From NCBI GenBank assembly GCA_963674945.2, contig CAXXWQ010000004.1, forward strand, positions 512,001 through 576,000: a stretch of 64,000 nucleotides of DNA, written 5' to 3'. A program made the position numbers and the translations under genes. The stretch's first letter is position 1. The number at the start of each line of letters is the position of its first letter. The DNA comes from an uncultured Desulfosarcina sp. (lineage in GTDB: Bacteria > Desulfobacterota > Desulfobacteria > Desulfobacterales > Desulfosarcinaceae). The notes beneath the pieces are model-generated. The model worked only from the letters and a program-made list of their open reading frames with translations. It was not told where the DNA came from and did not search any database. Shown here piece after piece: positions 40,868 to 51,019 of this stretch.

Positions 40868-41117
40868 AAATCAGATCAGAAGAACATCTGGTCGCATAGA
40901 ACAACTAGCAGATTCCGTTTATTATCCTTGATTCACAACAGATATTGTAATTCTTCCTAAGAAAGCCAAAACGGAAGTTAAGTCCCTATTGTTGAAAAAA
41001 TGTTTTAATTTGAAGACAAGAACCACCCGCAATGTATTTTTTTTCCCTCTTCGGTTGCAAATATTTCCCCTTTGGTGTGCAAAAATTTCTTATTATTTTA
41101 GAAACTTATAAATTTTT

Positions 41118-41975
41118 TTGGCATTGATTTCGTCAGTATGGATGGACGAAAAAGAACTCCAACATCTTGTTAAAACAGAAAAATCCGCAATGGCATTCCT
41201 CCGCCGGTTGTGTTGGGATAATTATCGCCGATACTGCCCACGGTGCCATTCCTACCGCTATTATCGAACTGCTGATAGAAGAACAATGCGCTGCAAACGC
41301 TGCAAATATAAATTTCATGATTTTTCAGGACGCTGGATCAATAAATGCAAAATCGGATTTCGCCAGTGGTTGCTTGTGGTCGATCTCTTCGGGCAAGACC
41401 TTCCCGCCCGTCAGATTTCATTGAAAACGGGTATCAGCTATCCTACCATCTTAAAGGCTATAGAAACATTGAGGATGGCCATAATCACCAACTCGGCAGA
41501 TTCTTCGAAATGGCTTGATTATATCTATTTCCAATCGGAGGTACTTGAACAGGCCCAATCACTGCCGAAACAAGTGGATGCTTTCGGCATCGTCAAGATA
41601 AACAGAGAAATTAAAATTCATATCTTGAAGGGGTTGACACTTGAAAGCCTGGCCAAACATCATCCTAAGATACTTGGAAAAAGTTCGATCTTCTATACGA
41701 ATGAATTCTATCCCTATGAGACAATTTTATTTCATGACATGAAAAATGATGGGATAATTCCTGAAAAAAAGGATCCTGAAGATGTTGATCAGGCAAGGAA
41801 GGAATCTGAATTCTGGCGTTTTGCGAAAAGCAAAATAATCAAACACCGTGGCATCTCGAAACAAAAACTTCCGCAGTATTTAAAAGAGATCGAGTTTCGC
41901 TTCAACTGCATGGGAAATGACATCTTTGAGCCATTGTGCCGCTATCTGGTAAGTTTCATCCCCGACCATTGTTGA
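41118..41975 (+). CDS. IS1595-like transposase derivative lacking the recognisable DDE core
   Basis: CPRC..CKRC Zn ribbon, HTH, C-terminal HRGIS...YLKEIEFRFN; no EVDETY motif, no terminal IRs seen. Confidence 0.65.
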   Translation: MALISSVWMDEKELQHLVKTEKSAMAFLRRLCWDNYRRYCPRCHSYRYYRTADRRTMRCKRCKYKFHDFSGRWINKCKIGFRQWLLVVDLFGQDLPARQISLKTGISYPTILKAIETLRMAIITNSADSSKWLDYIYFQSEVLEQAQSLPKQVDAFGIVKINREIKIHILKGLTLESLAKHHPKILGKSSIFYTNEFYPYETILFHDMKNDGIIPEKKDPEDVDQARKESEFWRFAKSKIIKHRGISKQKLPQYLKEIEFRFNCMGNDIFEPLCRYLVSFIPDHC

Positions 41976-42324
41976 TATATGGGCTATCCGCCATCATATC
42001 GATAAAAGCCTACCGTTATAGCTTTCCCGCAATTTCTTTTTGACTTTGAAGGTTTTTGTACATCTCATTGATCCATGAGCTTCGCGATTGTCTCGCTTAC
42101 CGCAGATACAATGAAGATGGCTTTCGCTATAGTCACCTATGCCGGAAGGCATCTGACGCCGTTCGAAGATCCAGTTGCCGGGAAGATGCATTTAAAATGG
42201 TAATCCCAGTGGGTTTCACATGATTGAGGAAAGAATTGAGCCATCGTTTCAGAATAATGGGATTTTTCTTCTTTCAAAAAATTGAAACGCTCAGTATAGG
42301 TGTTAACCACTCATTGTTATAACA

Positions 42325-42699
42325 TTGACAAAAAAACAAGACAGAAGAGTATTTCCTGAGCGAAGGCAGTACTCATACAGCTACCACATACCTGAGCGAA
42401 GAACGCTAAGAGGTCAGCAACAGACAAGTGCCCCTTCTTCCATAAAATCATCCTCGAGAAACATATCCAGGACATCGGAAACAATTCAAATTCGAATCAT
42501 ATCATCCAGGTGCATCCAGTTACAGAAACCGCGTCACCTGCCCGTCAGGCATACCAGAAAAAGATCAAGAACATACGCCACTATAATTCTCGCTGAAGAC
42601 AAGCGTCACTTACTGGAAAAACTTGAAACCGCAATTGATAAAAAAGGTGCGCACAAGCTGACAAAGGAAGAACTGATCCAGTTTCTTGACGATTGGTAA
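42325..42699 (+). CDS. Hypothetical small protein with DRR/ERR motifs
   Basis: DRRVFPERRQYSYSYHIPERR; followed by a terminator. Confidence 0.45.
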   Translation: MTKKQDRRVFPERRQYSYSYHIPERRTLRGQQQTSAPSSIKSSSRNISRTSETIQIRIISSRCIQLQKPRHLPVRHTRKRSRTYATIILAEDKRHLLEKLETAIDKKGAHKLTKEELIQFLDDW

Positions 42700-42760
42700 A
42701 ATTATTTAAAAAACCGAATCGTTGCGATCAATATAGAAGTTTCCTTTTTATTTTTGCAAT

Positions 42761-42784
42761 AAGCCTCCGCCAGGAGGCTTTTTT
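42761..42784 (+). terminator. Rho-independent terminator
   Basis: aagcctcc-gcca-ggaggctt followed by a T run. Confidence 0.75.
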
Positions 42785-43131
42785 GTTTGCCGGTTGACGC
42801 TAATTTCATAAACAGACGTTTTGAATCTATGGAGTCCCATGGACGGGCACTGAGGGTCCGAAACCTGCAACTTTGAAGGATTATCAGGGATCGTCATCCA
42901 TTCTCTCTGACGGAACTTGAAAAATTATCCGGCCGAAATAAATCAAACCTTTCGAGGACGTGAAAAACGCTTTCGAACTATGGCATAGTGGATCTTGTGC
43001 GAGAAAAAGGGACAAAAAGTGGTCCCGACGTCCGATGGCTGGCAAAATATGACAAAGGGGACAAAAAAGCCGCTTGAACAGGGAAAGCTGTCCAAGCGGC
43101 CGAAAACAGAAAGTAAAATATATGATAAAAG

Positions 43132-43209
43132 TGGCGTCCCCAAGGGGATTCGAACCCCTGTCGCCGGCGTGAAAGGCCGGTGTCCTGGGCCAGGCTAGAC
43201 GATGGGGAC
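43132..43209 (-). tRNA. tRNA-Glu(TTC)
   Basis: GTCCCCA acceptor, CCGGC-CTTTCAC-GCCGG anticodon arm, CCA encoded. Confidence 0.95.
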
Positions 43210-43231
43210 GCAAGCATTTTCCAAATTGTGA

Positions 43232-43304
43232 TGGGCCGTGTTGGACTCGAACCAACGACTCTCTGCTTAAAAGGCAGATACTCTACCGACTGAGTTAACG
43301 GCCC
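43232..43304 (-). tRNA. tRNA-Lys(TTT), CCA not encoded
   Basis: GGGCCGT acceptor, TCTGC-CTTTTAA-GCAGA anticodon arm. Confidence 0.95.
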
Positions 43305-43393
43305 GAAGAGAAAAGCTGTAGATACCCAACAGACTGGCCGTTGTCAACAGAAAATGTCGAAAATTGCATTTTTTATTCAAGGAGGCCCGATTT

Positions 43394-44842
43394 TCATTTC
43401 CGCCAGAACTCGGGCACAACCAGGATGATTACGGTGTAGATTTCCAGCCGCCCCAGCAGCATGCACCAGGAGAGCAGCCACTTTCCCAGGCATGGAATCT
43501 GGGAAAAGTTTTCCGCCGGCCCCACCAGGCCGAATCCCGGACCAATGTTGCCGATGGTGGCGGCCGTGGCCCCCAGGGCAGTGACGAAATCGACGCCGAT
43601 CCCGGCCAGAAGAACCGTGGAGATGGCAAACAGGATCATGTACAAGGCCAAGAACCCGAGCACACTTCGGATCACATCCTCGGGAACCGGCTTTCCGCCG
43701 ATCTTGATCTGGGTGACGGCCCGGGGATGGATCATGGAAAACAGCTCTTTGTAGCAATACTTGAAGCAGAGCATGATGCGAAGGCACTTCATTCCCCCAC
43801 CTGTGGAGCCGGCCGACGCGCCGACGAACATGCAAATAAACAGGATAAGCTGGGACATGGCCGGCCACATCTCATAATCGGCCGTGGCGTACCCCGTGGT
43901 GGTGGCGATGGAGACCACCTGAAAGGCGGCGTAGCGCATGGCCTGGTCCATCTTTGCATAGACGGTTCCGTGGATGTTCCAGGCGACGAGGAGGGTCAAC
44001 ACGAGGCACATGGCCAGATAGAACTTGAATTCCGAATCCTTCCAGAAGGCCTTGGCATTGCCCTTGAGAAGCTGGTAATGAAGGGAAAAGTTGATGCCGG
44101 CCGCCAGCATGAACAGGGTGATGACCACATCGATATAAACGCTGTCGTAATGGGCCACCGAGGCGTTTTTCGTGGAAAACCCACCGGTGGGCATGGTGGT
44201 GAAGGCGTGATTTACGGCGTCGAAGAGGCTCATACCGCCGAATATCAGCAACACCACCTCGGCCACGGTCAAAAGCAGGTATACCTTCCACAAGACCATG
44301 GCCGTGTCCCTGATCCGGGGTTTGAGTTTGTCCGGCACGGGGCTGGGTACCTCAGCTTTGTAAAGCTGCATGCCGCCCACCCCTAAAAACGGCAGGATGG
44401 CGATGGACAGCACGATGATGCCCATTCCCCCCAGCCACTGGATAAAACTTCGCCAGATTAACAGCCCGGGGCTCAACCCTTCGATGTCGGTCAGAATGGA
44501 TGAACCGGTCGTGGTGAATCCGGAGACCGATTCGAAGAACGCATCGGCAAAGGTAAAGGAAGGGCCGGAAAAATAAAATGGCAATGCGCCGAAAAATCCG
44601 ACGACCGTCCACCCCAGCGCCACGATGGCCATGCCCTCCCGCTGGCTCATGGTCTCGCTCTTTTCCCTCCGGAACAGGACCGTCATGAGCCCGCCGAATC
44701 CTAAGGTGGCGCCCATGGCCTTGAGCATGGGAATCAGGCTTCGGTCCATGGCGTACAGATCGAAGGCCAGCGGCACCACCATGGTGCCACCGAAAAAGAG
44801 GATCAGCACCCCGATGATTTTCAGGATATAGGGCCAGCGCAA
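43394..44842 (-). CDS. trkH: Trk potassium uptake membrane protein
   Basis: FESVSGFTTTG, QWLGGMG, TTTGY, GSTGGGMK, GNIGPG, GRLEI. Confidence 0.95.
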   Translation of the reverse strand: MRWPYILKIIGVLILFFGGTMVVPLAFDLYAMDRSLIPMLKAMGATLGFGGLMTVLFRREKSETMSQREGMAIVALGWTVVGFFGALPFYFSGPSFTFADAFFESVSGFTTTGSSILTDIEGLSPGLLIWRSFIQWLGGMGIIVLSIAILPFLGVGGMQLYKAEVPSPVPDKLKPRIRDTAMVLWKVYLLLTVAEVVLLIFGGMSLFDAVNHAFTTMPTGGFSTKNASVAHYDSVYIDVVITLFMLAAGINFSLHYQLLKGNAKAFWKDSEFKFYLAMCLVLTLLVAWNIHGTVYAKMDQAMRYAAFQVVSIATTTGYATADYEMWPAMSQLILFICMFVGASAGSTGGGMKCLRIMLCFKYCYKELFSMIHPRAVTQIKIGGKPVPEDVIRSVLGFLALYMILFAISTVLLAGIGVDFVTALGATAATIGNIGPGFGLVGPAENFSQIPCLGKWLLSWCMLLGRLEIYTVIILVVPEFWRK

Positions 44843-46207
44843 TTATACATACTCCAGTTTTACGGTCAGAATTTTCTCCACACCGGCGATCGCCTCCCGT
44901 GTGGCGAAGATAATGATACGATCATCCGGCTCGATGACACTTTCCCCATCGGGTATGATGATCGTCTCCTTCCGGATGATACCGGCAACGATGGATCCTT
45001 TGGGCATGGATATCTTTTTCAACGGTTTCCCCACGATGGTGGACGTGGCCAGGGCCAACGCCTCCATCACCTCCCCGGCTTCCCCCTTGACGGATATGGC
45101 CGAGAGCACCTTTCCGCGACGGATATGCTGCAAGATGGTGTTGATGGCCGACAAGCGTGGACTCACGACCTGTTCGATGCCGATGGCGGACAGAAGCGGC
45201 AGATAACTGAATTTATTAATTTGGGTGATGGTTTTTGTGGCGCCCAACCGTTTTGACAAAAGGGATGCCAGAATATTGGTTTCGTCGTCGCCGGTAAGCG
45301 TCACCACCAGATCGGTATCGAAAATCCCCTCTTCCACCAGTAATCGCTGGTCCGAGCCGTCTCCGTGGAGAACGATGGTTCGATCCAGCCGCTCGGCCAG
45401 TAACGCGCATCGGGAGCCCCGTTTTTCAATCACCTTGCAGGAGATGGAACTCTCCTCCAGACGTTTGGCCAGACGGTAGCCGATTCGGCCGCCACCCACG
45501 ATCAGGACCCGTTTGACGGGTGTTACACGCTTTTCGAAAACGGAGAGGTGGCGGATCAGTTTGTCCGATTCGCTGATGAAATACACCAGATCGCCGGCAC
45601 GAAGCCGGTCCTTTCCCCGGGGGACGATCAACCGGTCGTCCCGGAACAGTGCGGCGATCAGGGGGCGATCTTCCTTGAAGAGTTTGGGAAAATCCACCAG
45701 TTGCACGCCGTCCAGACGCGAGTCCGAATCGAGATAGACCCCTACGAATTTGATTCTTCCATCGGCAAAAGAGGCAACGTCCACGGCTCCTGGAACGTGC
45801 ATGAGACGATCGATGGTTCGGACGACCTCGATGTCTGGATTGATGACCGTATCGATATGGGGCGGGTTCTGTTGGAACGCTTCGTGATACGACTCGAAAT
45901 CGGGAGCCCGCATTCGCAGCAGTTTCTTCGTGTTGGGAGAAATGGTATCGGTGACCAGGCAGGCCACCAGGTTCACCTCATCGGAATCGGTAACGGCAAG
46001 CATGATCTCGGCCTCCCGAATCTCCGCTGCCTCCAAAATGGCGGGACTGCTCCCCGACCCAAGCACCGTGTGGACATCGATACTGTCCGATATCCGTTTC
46101 AAGGCACCCGGATGGTGATCGATGACCACCACGTCCTTGTTTTCGTACGCCAGTCGGCTGGCGATATGAAACCCCACTTCGCCGGCACCCACGATGACTA
46201 TTTTCAC
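44843..46207 (-). CDS. trkA: Trk potassium transporter NAD-binding subunit
   Basis: Two RCK domains with GAGEVG and GGGRIG. Confidence 0.95.
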   Translation of the reverse strand: MKIVIVGAGEVGFHIASRLAYENKDVVVIDHHPGALKRISDSIDVHTVLGSGSSPAILEAAEIREAEIMLAVTDSDEVNLVACLVTDTISPNTKKLLRMRAPDFESYHEAFQQNPPHIDTVINPDIEVVRTIDRLMHVPGAVDVASFADGRIKFVGVYLDSDSRLDGVQLVDFPKLFKEDRPLIAALFRDDRLIVPRGKDRLRAGDLVYFISESDKLIRHLSVFEKRVTPVKRVLIVGGGRIGYRLAKRLEESSISCKVIEKRGSRCALLAERLDRTIVLHGDGSDQRLLVEEGIFDTDLVVTLTGDDETNILASLLSKRLGATKTITQINKFSYLPLLSAIGIEQVVSPRLSAINTILQHIRRGKVLSAISVKGEAGEVMEALALATSTIVGKPLKKISMPKGSIVAGIIRKETIIIPDGESVIEPDDRIIIFATREAIAGVEKILTVKLEYV

Positions 46208-46339
46208 ATCCAGACTCCTATCTGGTGTCTATCCAGAAATCGGAAAGTTTATTCGAGATCTCCCGCTGAAAATCAAACGGGACGAAAAATAATATCGGCC
46301 AAAGCTAAGATTGATGAACATGTAAAAAGTCGCTGTTCG

Positions 46340-46464
46340 GACGGGTTCGTAAAAAGTTCGAGATCAAGGCTTGCGATTCCCGAGGAATGAGGCGTATGGT
46401 TGGATACGTCGCAGTGACGAGGGATGAAGCGTAACGCCGATATCGGACTTTTTACGAACCCGTC
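46340..46464. repeat. ~125-bp palindromic REP/MITE-like repeat, copy 1
   Basis: gacgggttcgtaaaaag...ctttttacgaacccgtc; near-identical to 49880-50003. Confidence 0.85.
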
Positions 46465-46637
46465 AAGATTGGCTTGACCGTTTCTGGATGAGCACAATAA
46501 ATCACGCCGTTTACCATGTCAATCGGTGGCATTCTTTCTTAACTATCACGCCAAAGAGAATTTCACAAAGGAACAAATCCGAGTCTGCCACCATATCCAA
46601 CGGAAAATGCCAGGATACGGAAGGGTATCGTCAGCCG

Positions 46638-47378
46638 TCAGGGAAAGAGCAACGTCAAACCGATGATTGCACCCAAGGCGAAGGCCACAGTGTCCTGTCG
46701 TGAAAAGGATAGTTCGGGCAGGGTTCGATGTTCATTGTAGCACCGGGCCTGCAAAGCCACGGTCAACTCATCGGCACTCAGAAAAACACGGCGAAACAGA
46801 CAGATGGCAAAAATCATCATGCGCCCTGCGGGATTCTTTCGCTGTTCGATGCCCCTTGCCCGCTGGGCACTTGTGATTTCACCGGCCTGAAACAGAACCA
46901 TCGGCAAAAAGCGAACGATCAGCCCCACCATGGTCCCGGCCATCTTTTCGTTCACGAGGGGAACCGGTTTCAAAAACCAGATCAGTGCGGCGCGGATATG
47001 GGCGATCCGCGTGGTGGCCACCAATAAGAGCCCCATCACCACCATGAGCAGGAGGCGCCAGCACAGCATCAAGGCATCCATCGCCTCTCTGGCATCCACG
47101 CCGGGTGTCCAATGATGGTCCAGGGTGACGGTCCGAACAATGAAAACAAAGCACAAAAAGAGGATGAAATAGCGGATTTCGAAAATCAAACGGTGGATTC
47201 GAAGGCCGGCGGCATGGACGCAAAGCAGAAGGGACAGGGAAAAAAAGAGGAGAAAGATCAGTTCGCCCCACATGCTCGCAACACTCAGAGACATGAGCAG
47301 AATCTGTTTGGTCCGCGGGTCCAACCGGTGAAGGGGGGAGTGACCGGGTGTAAAGCCGATGGTGTTCATATCGCCCAT
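46638..47378 (-). CDS. ECF transporter T component (BioN/CbiQ)
   Basis: SPLHRLDPRTK, AQRARG, ALQARC. Confidence 0.88.
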   Translation of the reverse strand: MGDMNTIGFTPGHSPLHRLDPRTKQILLMSLSVASMWGELIFLLFFSLSLLLCVHAAGLRIHRLIFEIRYFILFLCFVFIVRTVTLDHHWTPGVDAREAMDALMLCWRLLLMVVMGLLLVATTRIAHIRAALIWFLKPVPLVNEKMAGTMVGLIVRFLPMVLFQAGEITSAQRARGIEQRKNPAGRMMIFAICLFRRVFLSADELTVALQARCYNEHRTLPELSFSRQDTVAFALGAIIGLTLLFP

Positions 47379-48115
47379 GACCGTATCCCTCTTCCCATCT
47401 GCACGGAGCACGGCGGCCGGATGCCGTATCGTGCGACGTCGTGTACCACCTTTTCCGGGAGGCCGTCTTCCACCACCCTTCCCTTTTCCATGACCACCAA
47501 TCGCTGGGCGAGAAAGATCACCTTCTCCAGGTCGTGAGTGGTGATGATGATGGTTCGGCCTTTTTCGTGCAGGGCGGCGATCTGATCAATCACCATGCAG
47601 GCCGCGGGATAGTCCAGGTTGGAAAAAGGCTCGTCCATGAGCAGCACGCTGGGCGCCATTGCCAATACACCGGCGATGGCCAGCCTGCGCTTTTCTCCGC
47701 CGGACAGGTGGTGGGGCCGTTTATCCTCAAATCCGGCCATATCCACGGCATCAAGGGCCTTTGCCACACGCCGGTCGATTTCAGAACGGGCAAGCCCCAA
47801 ATTTTCCGGACCAAAAGCCACATCGTCGTATACGGTTTCACCGACGATCTGGCTGTCGGCATCCTGAAACACCATGCCCACCCGCCTGCGCGCACCCATG
47901 GGATCTTTCTTCACCGATCGTCCGCAAACGGTCACAGACCCGTCATCGGCCAAGAGCAGACCGTTGAGATGACGAAGCAGGGTTGTTTTTCCCGATCCGT
48001 TGGCGCCGGCGATGATGGTCAGTTCCCCTTCGGCAAAAGAGAGACTGACGTCGGAAATCGCCTGGGTGCCATCGCTGAATCGATGACTGAGGCCGAGGAC
48101 CTCGATGATGGCCAT
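47366..48115 (-). CDS. ECF transporter ATPase (BioM/CbiO)
   Basis: GANGSGKTT, FQDADSQ, LSGGEKRR. Confidence 0.92.
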   Translation of the reverse strand: MAIIEVLGLSHRFSDGTQAISDVSLSFAEGELTIIAGANGSGKTTLLRHLNGLLLADDGSVTVCGRSVKKDPMGARRRVGMVFQDADSQIVGETVYDDVAFGPENLGLARSEIDRRVAKALDAVDMAGFEDKRPHHLSGGEKRRLAIAGVLAMAPSVLLMDEPFSNLDYPAACMVIDQIAALHEKGRTIIITTHDLEKVIFLAQRLVVMEKGRVVEDGLPEKVVHDVARYGIRPPCSVQMGRGIRSWAI

Positions 48116-48120
48116 CTGAT

Positions 48121-48681
48121 CTATCCTGCGGCCCGCACCGGGTGAAAGGTATCATCGATGATGGGCCGCAAAGCTCTTGCGATGGGAATGGCCGCTGCGA
48201 TCTTCAGGACATCGCCGATCAAAAACGGGAGCATGCCGGCGGAAATCGCCGCTGCATAGCTCATTCCCGTAACCACCTTGAGCCAGCTGACGCCGAATCC
48301 GTATAAGACCAGAGTACCGGCGACCATGGCCAATACGTCCGTGACCACACGGGCGCCGCCCTTTCGGGAAATGGCGCCGATCAGGTAAACGGAGGCGATG
48401 TACCCCAGAAGATACCCCCCGGTGGGTCCTATGAATTTTGCCACGCCGCCGGTGCCCCCTGCGAATACGGGAAGCCCCACCGCACCGGCCAGCAGGTAGG
48501 CCCCGACGCTGATCAGCCCCCATCGTCCACCCAGTAACAGGCCCGTCAGCATGACGAACATGTTTTGCAGGACGATGGGTACCGGACCGATGGGAATCGC
48601 AATATATGCCCCGGCTGCGGTCAAGGCCGCCATGAGGGAGGCGTACACCATGCGTTTCAATTGTTGGGTTGTCGGTTCCAT
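48121..48681 (-). CDS. bioY: Biotin ECF S component
   Basis: PVPIVLQ, GLPVFAGG, GPTGGYL, PFLIGD. Confidence 0.93.
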   Translation of the reverse strand: MEPTTQQLKRMVYASLMAALTAAGAYIAIPIGPVPIVLQNMFVMLTGLLLGGRWGLISVGAYLLAGAVGLPVFAGGTGGVAKFIGPTGGYLLGYIASVYLIGAISRKGGARVVTDVLAMVAGTLVLYGFGVSWLKVVTGMSYAAAISAGMLPFLIGDVLKIAAAIPIARALRPIIDDTFHPVRAAG

Positions 48682-48783
48682 GGATCGTTGGTTTTCCTTT
48701 GGTACCCATACGGAAATGGCCGATTTCCGAATGAGCAACTTGTGTAATCGGCATTCATCTAATTTGGATATATCTATTTGTTA

Positions 48784-49710
48784 TTACCGGTGGAAGCAAT
48801 CGCCGTGAATCACGGTCTGCCGCCTGCCGTCGGCTGCTTGCACGATCAGCCCGCCCTGCCCGTCCACATCCAGTGCCGTGCCTTCGACCCGATCGTTGAA
48901 GGTTACGATGCGAACCTTCCGGCCGAGGGTCACATTGAGCGATCGCCAGGTTTCGATCACGTCCGAAGAGGAAAAATGGATGATCCGCCGTTCGAATGCA
49001 TCCAAAAACGCCGCCAGGATCTTTCTGCGCGGCACAGACCGCCCCAACAGGGATTTCAGGGAAATGGCCACGGGCTCCTCGAGTTCCGGCGAATTGTTGA
49101 CGTTGAGGCCGATGCCGACGTTCACGTGGACCAGCCGGTCCCCTTCCGCTTCCATCTGGGACAACACGCCGCAGACCTTGCGGTCTCCCACCAGAATATC
49201 ATTGGGCCATTTCACGCCGGCATCGATGCCATGGGCAGAACGAAGCAGCGCGGCCATGTCCACGGCTGCCGCAAGATTCACGAGTCCCACATGTTCCAGC
49301 GGAATGTTCGGCCGAACGACGACGGTGAAATAAAGACCGCCGTCTGCCGATCGCCAGATCCGTTGCATGCGCCCCCTGCCCTTGGTTTGCCGCTGGGCCA
49401 CGGCGACGGTGAAGTCCGGGCAGCTTTTTCGGGCAAGGATCATGGCCTCGTCCATGGTGGAGGAAGTCTGCGCGAAAAAGTGAATACGATCCTTTCGGCT
49501 GCCGAAGGCCCACGGGAAAAGATGATCCGGATCACGGTCCAAGCGGTATCCCTTGGGGGTCGAAGCGATGGGAATACCCGATTGCACCATCTTCTTGACA
49601 TGTTTCCAGACCGAGACCCTGCTGACGCCCAGGGCGGCACTGAGGGTTTCACCGGACACGATGTCGTCGGCGTCATCGAGGATGTCGAGAATTTTCTGTT
49701 TCGCGGCCAT
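48784..49710 (-). CDS. birA: Bifunctional biotin-protein ligase / repressor
   Basis: N-terminal HTH (SGETLSAALGVSRVSVWK), QTKGRGR, KWPND, KVCGVL. Confidence 0.95.
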   Translation of the reverse strand: MAAKQKILDILDDADDIVSGETLSAALGVSRVSVWKHVKKMVQSGIPIASTPKGYRLDRDPDHLFPWAFGSRKDRIHFFAQTSSTMDEAMILARKSCPDFTVAVAQRQTKGRGRMQRIWRSADGGLYFTVVVRPNIPLEHVGLVNLAAAVDMAALLRSAHGIDAGVKWPNDILVGDRKVCGVLSQMEAEGDRLVHVNVGIGLNVNNSPELEEPVAISLKSLLGRSVPRRKILAAFLDAFERRIIHFSSSDVIETWRSLNVTLGRKVRIVTFNDRVEGTALDVDGQGGLIVQAADGRRQTVIHGDCFHR

Positions 49711-49713
49711 CTG

Positions 49714-49741
49714 GTTAACCTCTTCCGAAGAGGTGGTTAAC
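49714..49741. promoter_or_regulatory. BirA operator
   Basis: GTTAACC-N14-GGTTAAC directly upstream of the birA ATG. Confidence 0.75.
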
Positions 49742-49812
49742 TACATTGCCGATGGGAAGTCAACAATGATTTTGGCAGGATTGTCCATGGAGTTGAAAAA
49801 ACACCGACCAAT

Positions 49813-49850
49813 GAACGCTGAACATCGAACGTCCAACCTCGAAGTTCGAA
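49813..49850 (+). repeat. Degenerate heptamer tandem repeat
   Basis: gaacgct gaacatc gaacgtc caacctc gaagttc gaa. Confidence 0.6.
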
Positions 49851-49879
49851 TAAGGCATTCTGTCGATCTCACGGGTCCA

Positions 49880-50003
49880 GACGGCTTCGTAAAAAATTCG
49901 AGATCAAGGATTGCGAGTCCCGAGGAATGAGGCGTACTTATAATGCGTCGCAGTGACGAGGGATGAAGCGTAACGCCGATATCGGACTTTTTACGAAGCC
50001 GGC
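49880..50003. repeat. ~125-bp palindromic REP/MITE-like repeat, copy 2
   Basis: gacggcttcgtaaaaaa...ctttttacgaagccggc. Confidence 0.85.
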
Positions 50004-50005
50004 AT

Positions 50006-51019
50006 CTACCAACGCATCAATATGGAGCCGTAAGTAAGTCCGGCACCGAATGCGTCGAGCAGCACCAACTGCCCCTTTTTTATTTTTCCTTCCCGTACCG
50101 CCTCATCCAGGGCAGTGGGAATGGTTGCCGCAGAGGTGTTGCCAAAACGCTCTAAATTGACCACGACTTTTTCCATGGGACACCCCAGGCGTTTGGAAAC
50201 GGCCTCGATGATCCGGTAGTTGGCCTGGTGGGGAATGAACCAGTCGAGATCGTCGATGGAAAAACCGTTTTCCGATAGAGAACGGTTAGCGAAATCGGTG
50301 AGGGTACGAACGGCAACCTTAAAAAGCTCCTTGCCGTGCATTCGTATTTTGTGCAGATTTTTTGAAAATCGTTCCGGCGTCGTTTCCATTCTCGAACCGC
50401 CGGAGGGGACATGGAGCAGCTCACACAGATTTCCATCGGACAACAGATGGCTGGAAAGGATGCGGGAGGGTGCGTCGGCGTCACATCGCTCCACGATGGC
50501 AGCCCCCGCACCGTCTCCGAAGATGATGCAGGATCCCCGGTCCCTCCAGTTGATAAGTTGGCTGAAGATATCCGCCCCCACGACCAGAACCGTACTAGTC
50601 TGACCGGATTGGATGAATTTTTCGGCGGTAGCCAAGCCGTAGATAAATCCTGAACAGGCGGCATTGACATCCATGGCCCAGGCCCTTGGCGCACCGATCT
50701 TATACTGAAGCCAGCATGCGGTCGATGGCATCAAGGTATCCGGCGAACAGGTGGCGTATATGATCTGGTCGATATCTTCCGGCTTTCGGCCGGCCATTTC
50801 CAAGGCCTGTGTTGCCGCCACCATGCCCAACGACGAGTTGTATTCATCGGGATTCTGCGGGTCGGAGAAACGCCTCTCCAGGATTCCTGTTCGCTCACGA
50901 ATCCATCGGTCGTCGGTGGTGATATTGTCTCTCTCCAGCCGATCGATGATATCTTCGTTGGTCACCCGGTTTTCAGGAAAAGCGCTGCCTGTCCCCGTTA
51001 TTCTAGCGGCATACCTCAT
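50006..51019 (-). CDS. fabH: 3-oxoacyl-ACP synthase III
   Basis: WIRERTGI, AACSG, FGDGAGA, PHQAN, GNTSAA, FGAGLT; GGAGG RBS. Confidence 0.93.
   Translation of the reverse strand: MRYAARITGTGSAFPENRVTNEDIIDRLERDNITTDDRWIRERTGILERRFSDPQNPDEYNSSLGMVAATQALEMAGRKPEDIDQIIYATCSPDTLMPSTACWLQYKIGAPRAWAMDVNAACSGFIYGLATAEKFIQSGQTSTVLVVGADIFSQLINWRDRGSCIIFGDGAGAAIVERCDADAPSRILSSHLLSDGNLCELLHVPSGGSRMETTPERFSKNLHKIRMHGKELFKVAVRTLTDFANRSLSENGFSIDDLDWFIPHQANYRIIEAVSKRLGCPMEKVVVNLERFGNTSAATIPTALDEAVREGKIKKGQLVLLDAFGAGLTYGSILMRW

Noticed and set aside
42820..42880. Resemblance to a c-di-GMP-II riboswitch (gaatctatg...gggcac...tgcaac)
   Set aside because: Pseudoknot pairing is incomplete and there is no co-oriented downstream gene
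42884..43255. ORFs overlapping tRNA-Glu and tRNA-Lys
   Set aside because: Spurious translations of the tRNA genes
46340..50003. Repeats as a CRISPR array
   Set aside because: Only two long copies 3.5 kb apart, no spacer periodicity and no cas genes
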